Shown here one piece after another: positions 60,156 through 64,000 of a DNA stretch of 64,000 bases (within the stretch, counting starts at the first letter, position 1; every line of letters starts with the position of its first letter). A model generated the notes under the pieces. The model saw only the letters and a program-made list of their open reading frames with translations, made no database searches and was not told where the DNA came from. Source of the DNA: an uncultured Verrucomicrobiae bacterium (GTDB taxonomy: Bacteria; Verrucomicrobiota; Verrucomicrobiia; Chthoniobacterales; Chthoniobacteraceae); assembly GCA_963828525.1 (NCBI GenBank), contig CAWHEP010000004.1, positions 128,001 to 192,000 on the forward strand, given 5' to 3'. Position numbers and translations under genes: made by a program.

Positions 60156-61079
60156 TCATCCAGCGCCCTGCTTCAATTTTGGAAGCCGCTGCTTCTTGTC
60201 CAAAACGGGGGCGAAAAGATCGCCCATCTTTTCCGCGCGTTGCACGGTTTCACTGGAGAGAAAAGTGAGCCGCTTCGCATCCTTCTTTTTCAGGGTAGCC
60301 TCAACCTCGTCCCACGACACAGGGGTCGAGACCGTGGGATGTGCCTTCGCCCTTAGGGAGTAAACGCAGACCGTTGTTTTGAAATCGCTATTCTGGCTCC
60401 AGTCCACAAACACTTTATTGGAACGCAGTTTCTTTTGCATGTTGGAAACCACGCTTTCCGGATGCTCTTTCTCGAGCTGCTCCGCGATGGCTTTCGAGAA
60501 TGACTTGGTGTCTTCAAACGTGGCCGGGGTGTTCAGGGGAACGTATATCTGCAAACCTTTCGACCCCGAGGTTTTGGGCCAGGCTTCGAGAGCAACCGCG
60601 GAAAGCATCTCCCGAAGCCACAGACCAACCTTGCAGCACAGCACGATGTCGGCCGGAGGCCCCGGGTCCAGGTCGAAAACCATCATCTGTGGGCGGAGGG
60701 GATTTCTGCTCAGCGCCAGCGATGTGTGGAGTTCCAGGTCCGCCAGATTTGCCGCCCAGATGAGCGTGGGCAGGTCATTCGCGAGGCAAAAATCGATCTC
60801 GCCATTGTTGTCGTCACTCCAAATCGCCGCTGTCTTCACCCACGGGGGACGGTGCAACGGGCAGCGCTTCTCATAAAAGAAGGGACCGTTCACGCCGTTC
60901 GGGTAGCGCTTCATGGTCAACGCGCGATTTTTGAGATGCGGCAGGAGAAAAGGCGCGATGCGTATGTAGTAGTGGATGACGTCCCCTTTGCGAAAATCCG
61001 TTTCCGGATAGAACACCTTGTCGATGTTCGACACCTGGATACGCTTGCCCTCCACTTCAAGCACCGCCGTTTTCGTCAT
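60156..61079 (-). CDS. Stand-alone LigD primase-polymerase domain protein
   Basis: SNIDKVFYP, KRYPNG, FFYEK, LELH, VFDLDP, KTSGSKGLQIY, VFVDWSQN, YSLRA..PTVSTP. Confidence 0.92.
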   Translation of the reverse strand: MTKTAVLEVEGKRIQVSNIDKVFYPETDFRKGDVIHYYIRIAPFLLPHLKNRALTMKRYPNGVNGPFFYEKRCPLHRPPWVKTAAIWSDDNNGEIDFCLANDLPTLIWAANLADLELHTSLALSRNPLRPQMMVFDLDPGPPADIVLCCKVGLWLREMLSAVALEAWPKTSGSKGLQIYVPLNTPATFEDTKSFSKAIAEQLEKEHPESVVSNMQKKLRSNKVFVDWSQNSDFKTTVCVYSLRAKAHPTVSTPVSWDEVEATLKKKDAKRLTFLSSETVQRAEKMGDLFAPVLDKKQRLPKLKQGAG

Positions 61080-64000
61080 TCCACCACCCTTCCGAGTTCG
61101 GTGGAATAGAGGCCCATTCGTGTCACCCTTCGTTTCATGCCTCTCTCCAGCACTTCACCGTAAGACTGCAGTTGCGGAGTGTATTGTTTCAGTATCCGCA
61201 TTCGAAAATCGCCCTCGAGTTCCGCCGCGAGAATGCGATCCGTCTTCCAATCTATGATCCAGCATTCTCCGCTCTTCGTTACTACGATGAGATCGACGAC
61301 ACCCTCCACCCACGCTTCGCGTGAACGCGCGAAACTGAATGGAGTCTCAGGTAAAAATACTTTGCCAGCGTCGATCAATTCACGATGCAAACCGCTGGTC
61401 ACCCAGCGGTTCCATTCAACCTCCACGCGCTCTGCGAAGGCTCGTGGCGAATTGGATGCAACGCTTTCGCAGTAGCGCGCCCGCTCGCTTGCGGACGCCT
61501 TCCATGGGAATTGCTCCATCGTCTTGTGCCACCACTGACCATAGTCGACGCCGCCGATCTCCGTGATGGGAAAGCGCTCGTCCAGATCGCTGCCGGGCTT
61601 CTGATCACGCGCGAGAGAGTGGGGAAGAATACGCTCTGGAATCGCCATGGAATTCTGCACAGCGGCGCGGAGCATCTCCGCTGCCGGAGCAATATGGATC
61701 TGGGGAGACGGCAACTCATTCGAAGAGCCCGCAGCAGTCAGCGCGGAGGGTTTTTGAAGGTGTGTCCCGTGATCGAACTCCCGCCATTTCGCAAGTCTCA
61801 GGAAATTCGCGGCATCAGACTTGTTGTAGAGGGGAGAGCTGTCAGGCAGCACCAGCAGAGCCTTCGCGCGCGTCACCACGACGTAGAGGACCCGCTGCAG
61901 CTCCTCCCGCCTCTCGCGTTCGATTTGCTCCGCAACTTCGCCGTCAAGTGTAAGGGCGGAGAGGTGGACGGTCACCCGGCCGTTGTGCTGTTGGACGCGC
62001 GGAAAAGCTGGTTTAAGCACTTCGATTGCGCGCCCCAATCCCAGCGGGATCACTACGGGCCATTCGAGCCCCTTTGCCTTCATGCACGTCAAAAGCTGGA
62101 TTTCCTTCCCGCTCTGCGCAGTGCTCGCCGCTTTCTGGCGCAGTTGCGAGCAAACCTCATTTACCCAATCCCGCAACGACACCCCGTCGGATTCAGCCTG
62201 CATTGCTTCGTATCGGAACGCGTCGAGACCTCCGCTCGGATAACCGAGCGCCTGCAGCCTTGCTGCCAGACCGCATTCCTCGAGCGCATGGTCGACGAAT
62301 CGGCTGAGAGAGCGGTTCTCCCGGCTCTCGTCGGCTCGCAGTCGGCGCAACAGAGCAAGCGCATTCCCTAATCTCCCCTCCGTGCTCCCTCTAGAAGAGT
62401 ACCAGTTGCTTTGCTCTGTGAGCGTTCGCCAGCTCGACGTCTGATACCGCGAATATCTCCCGCAACACGCCAATCAATTCAAAGCGATCGTACGGGTTCA
62501 GCAAAACGTGGAGCAACGCCGCTGGCCAGCTTCGATCCGCAACCTCAAGGTTCAGTCTTTTCTCCGCCAGGGATCGGCAGGGCACATTATAACGCTTCAA
62601 TACCTCGCGGGCTGCGGTCAGCCATTTATGACGAGGGCAAAGGATTGCAACCTCGCCCCAACTGTTCACGCCAAGTCCCGCTGGCCCGTAAGCCTTTAGA
62701 AACGCGGCTACCTGTTCGCATTCTTTTTCGAACACTTCTTCGACCCGCCATATATCTTTCAGCGCCTCCATCGGCAGCCTCCATGCAGCACCGTCTGGAG
62801 ATCCTGGTTTTGGCTGCAGCTCGCGGAACTGCACATGGAGCTGATTCAACCTGCCCCCCGCCACAAAGAGCGCGTTTACCGTGTCGGTCACCTTCCGAGG
62901 GCACCGCATGGTGACCGAAAATTCCAAATTCTCACCGCCGCTTCCCTCGCGGTATGCGTCCACGTATTTGCGGTAAATTTCGAGGTTTGCCCTCCCATAG
63001 ATTGCCTGCTGCTCGTCGCCTACGAAACTGAAACGGCCGGGCCGGGGCCCTTCGGATTGAAGGTCGGATGGCCACGCGTCTGTCTTCGCTTGCGGGGGAC
63101 GTGTGATCTCCGTCAAGATCGAAAACATTACTTCATCGGTGTCCTGCGCCTCGTCCAGGATCACAATATATTCCCGAGCGCGCAGCCGTTGCAGCACATC
63201 CGGAGATTCGACCAGCTTCCGGCACCAGGTGATCTGGTCTTCGTAAGTCATGAATCCTTCGCTTACGCGATACTCGTGATACGCGAGGCTGATTTCCGCG
63301 GCAATGCGTCCCGAAAGGTTCCCCAGCCAGGCCGCGAAGGGCGCCATTTCACGCCTGTAGGATTCCTTAAAGGTACCTGTCCCTTTGTCGAATTGCGGCA
63401 GCTTGAGAAAGGGTTCCCCATCCGCAAATCCTTTCAACCACGCGCGAATCTCCGACTGATTTTTCGCAGTGTATTCTGGAGATCGCTTCCCTGAATCCGA
63501 GAGCGAATTCGTAAAATCAAGCGGCGGCTCGGCGGTATCGACAAACTGCTCCATAATCTGCTTCGCCGAGAGTGGGTCGAGACGCTTTGCCAGGGTCAGC
63601 AGTTCGTCGAAAGAAAGAAAACGGAGCACGGTGGAAAGTGCTGGCTCCGGGAATTCGCACCGATCCAGACGCCTGCTTTCGGTAAAACGCGTCCATAGCT
63701 CCTCCCCCTGTTCTTCCTCCAGAAGGTCGAGTGAACGGGAGAGGCCCAGAAAGCGCCCCTGCTCCTGTACCAGCTTCAAACAAAAGCTATGGATTGTTCC
63801 GAAGAATGCGCGCCGCAAGTCTGCCAGCAAGTTCTGCCGCAAATGCGCGGAAGCTCGCAACTCTCCCAGGATGCGCTCGCGCGACCGGACCTTCAACTCC
63901 TCTGCGGCGGCTTTTCCGTAAGTGACAACCACCAGGCGGGGAAGCAGCTTCGGCTCTCGAAGCGCGAGGGCGGCGATCCTGTCCACGATAGCCGTTGTCT
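61076..64000 (-). CDS. UvrD/AddA-like helicase with C-terminal PD-(D/E)XK nuclease (start outside window; +1 frameshift ~62395)
   Basis: VVTYGKAAAEEL, GTIHSFC, LDEAQDTD, VGDEQQAIY, KAKGLEWP, YVVVTRAK, GVVDL, IIDWKTD, QLQSY. Confidence 0.9.

Noticed and set aside
61385..62371. 328-aa plus-strand ORF
   Set aside because: Antisense to the AddA-like gene.

Overview
GC-rich bacterial chromosomal DNA, probably Verrucomicrobiota (inferred from protein style, a PEP-CTERM remnant and a stand-alone rpsN). The backbone carries metH, a UbiA/MqnP-like prenyltransferase, rpsN, glnB, uppP, cimA, smc, rlpA, an M20 peptidase, a LigD polymerase and an AddA-like helicase-nuclease. Accessory blocks: (1) a tight six-gene minus-strand operon at 15132-23777 (pentaheme cytochrome c, putative outer-membrane beta-barrel, membrane-anchored FAD/NAD(P)H/[2Fe-2S] reductase, lipoprotein, CcsB, CcsA) behind an FNR-like box, the best candidate for an uncharacterised trans-envelope redox system; (2) a rearranged surface-glycan locus at 33.3-43.1 kb; (3) two nucleotidyltransferase TA-like loci; (4) a decaying island at 51.95-58.42 kb with an internally deleted HUH/RAYT element bounded by 15-bp inverted repeats, IS66 remnants, two orphan Rhs tip/immunity cassettes with Gly-rich tips, a repeated non-coding element and many 6-8 bp tandem micro-duplications. 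At least six genes carry single-base homopolymer-type insertions, most likely sequencing or assembly errors. No tRNA, rRNA or CRISPR array was recognised. All family calls come from motif recognition by eye; no database searches were run.
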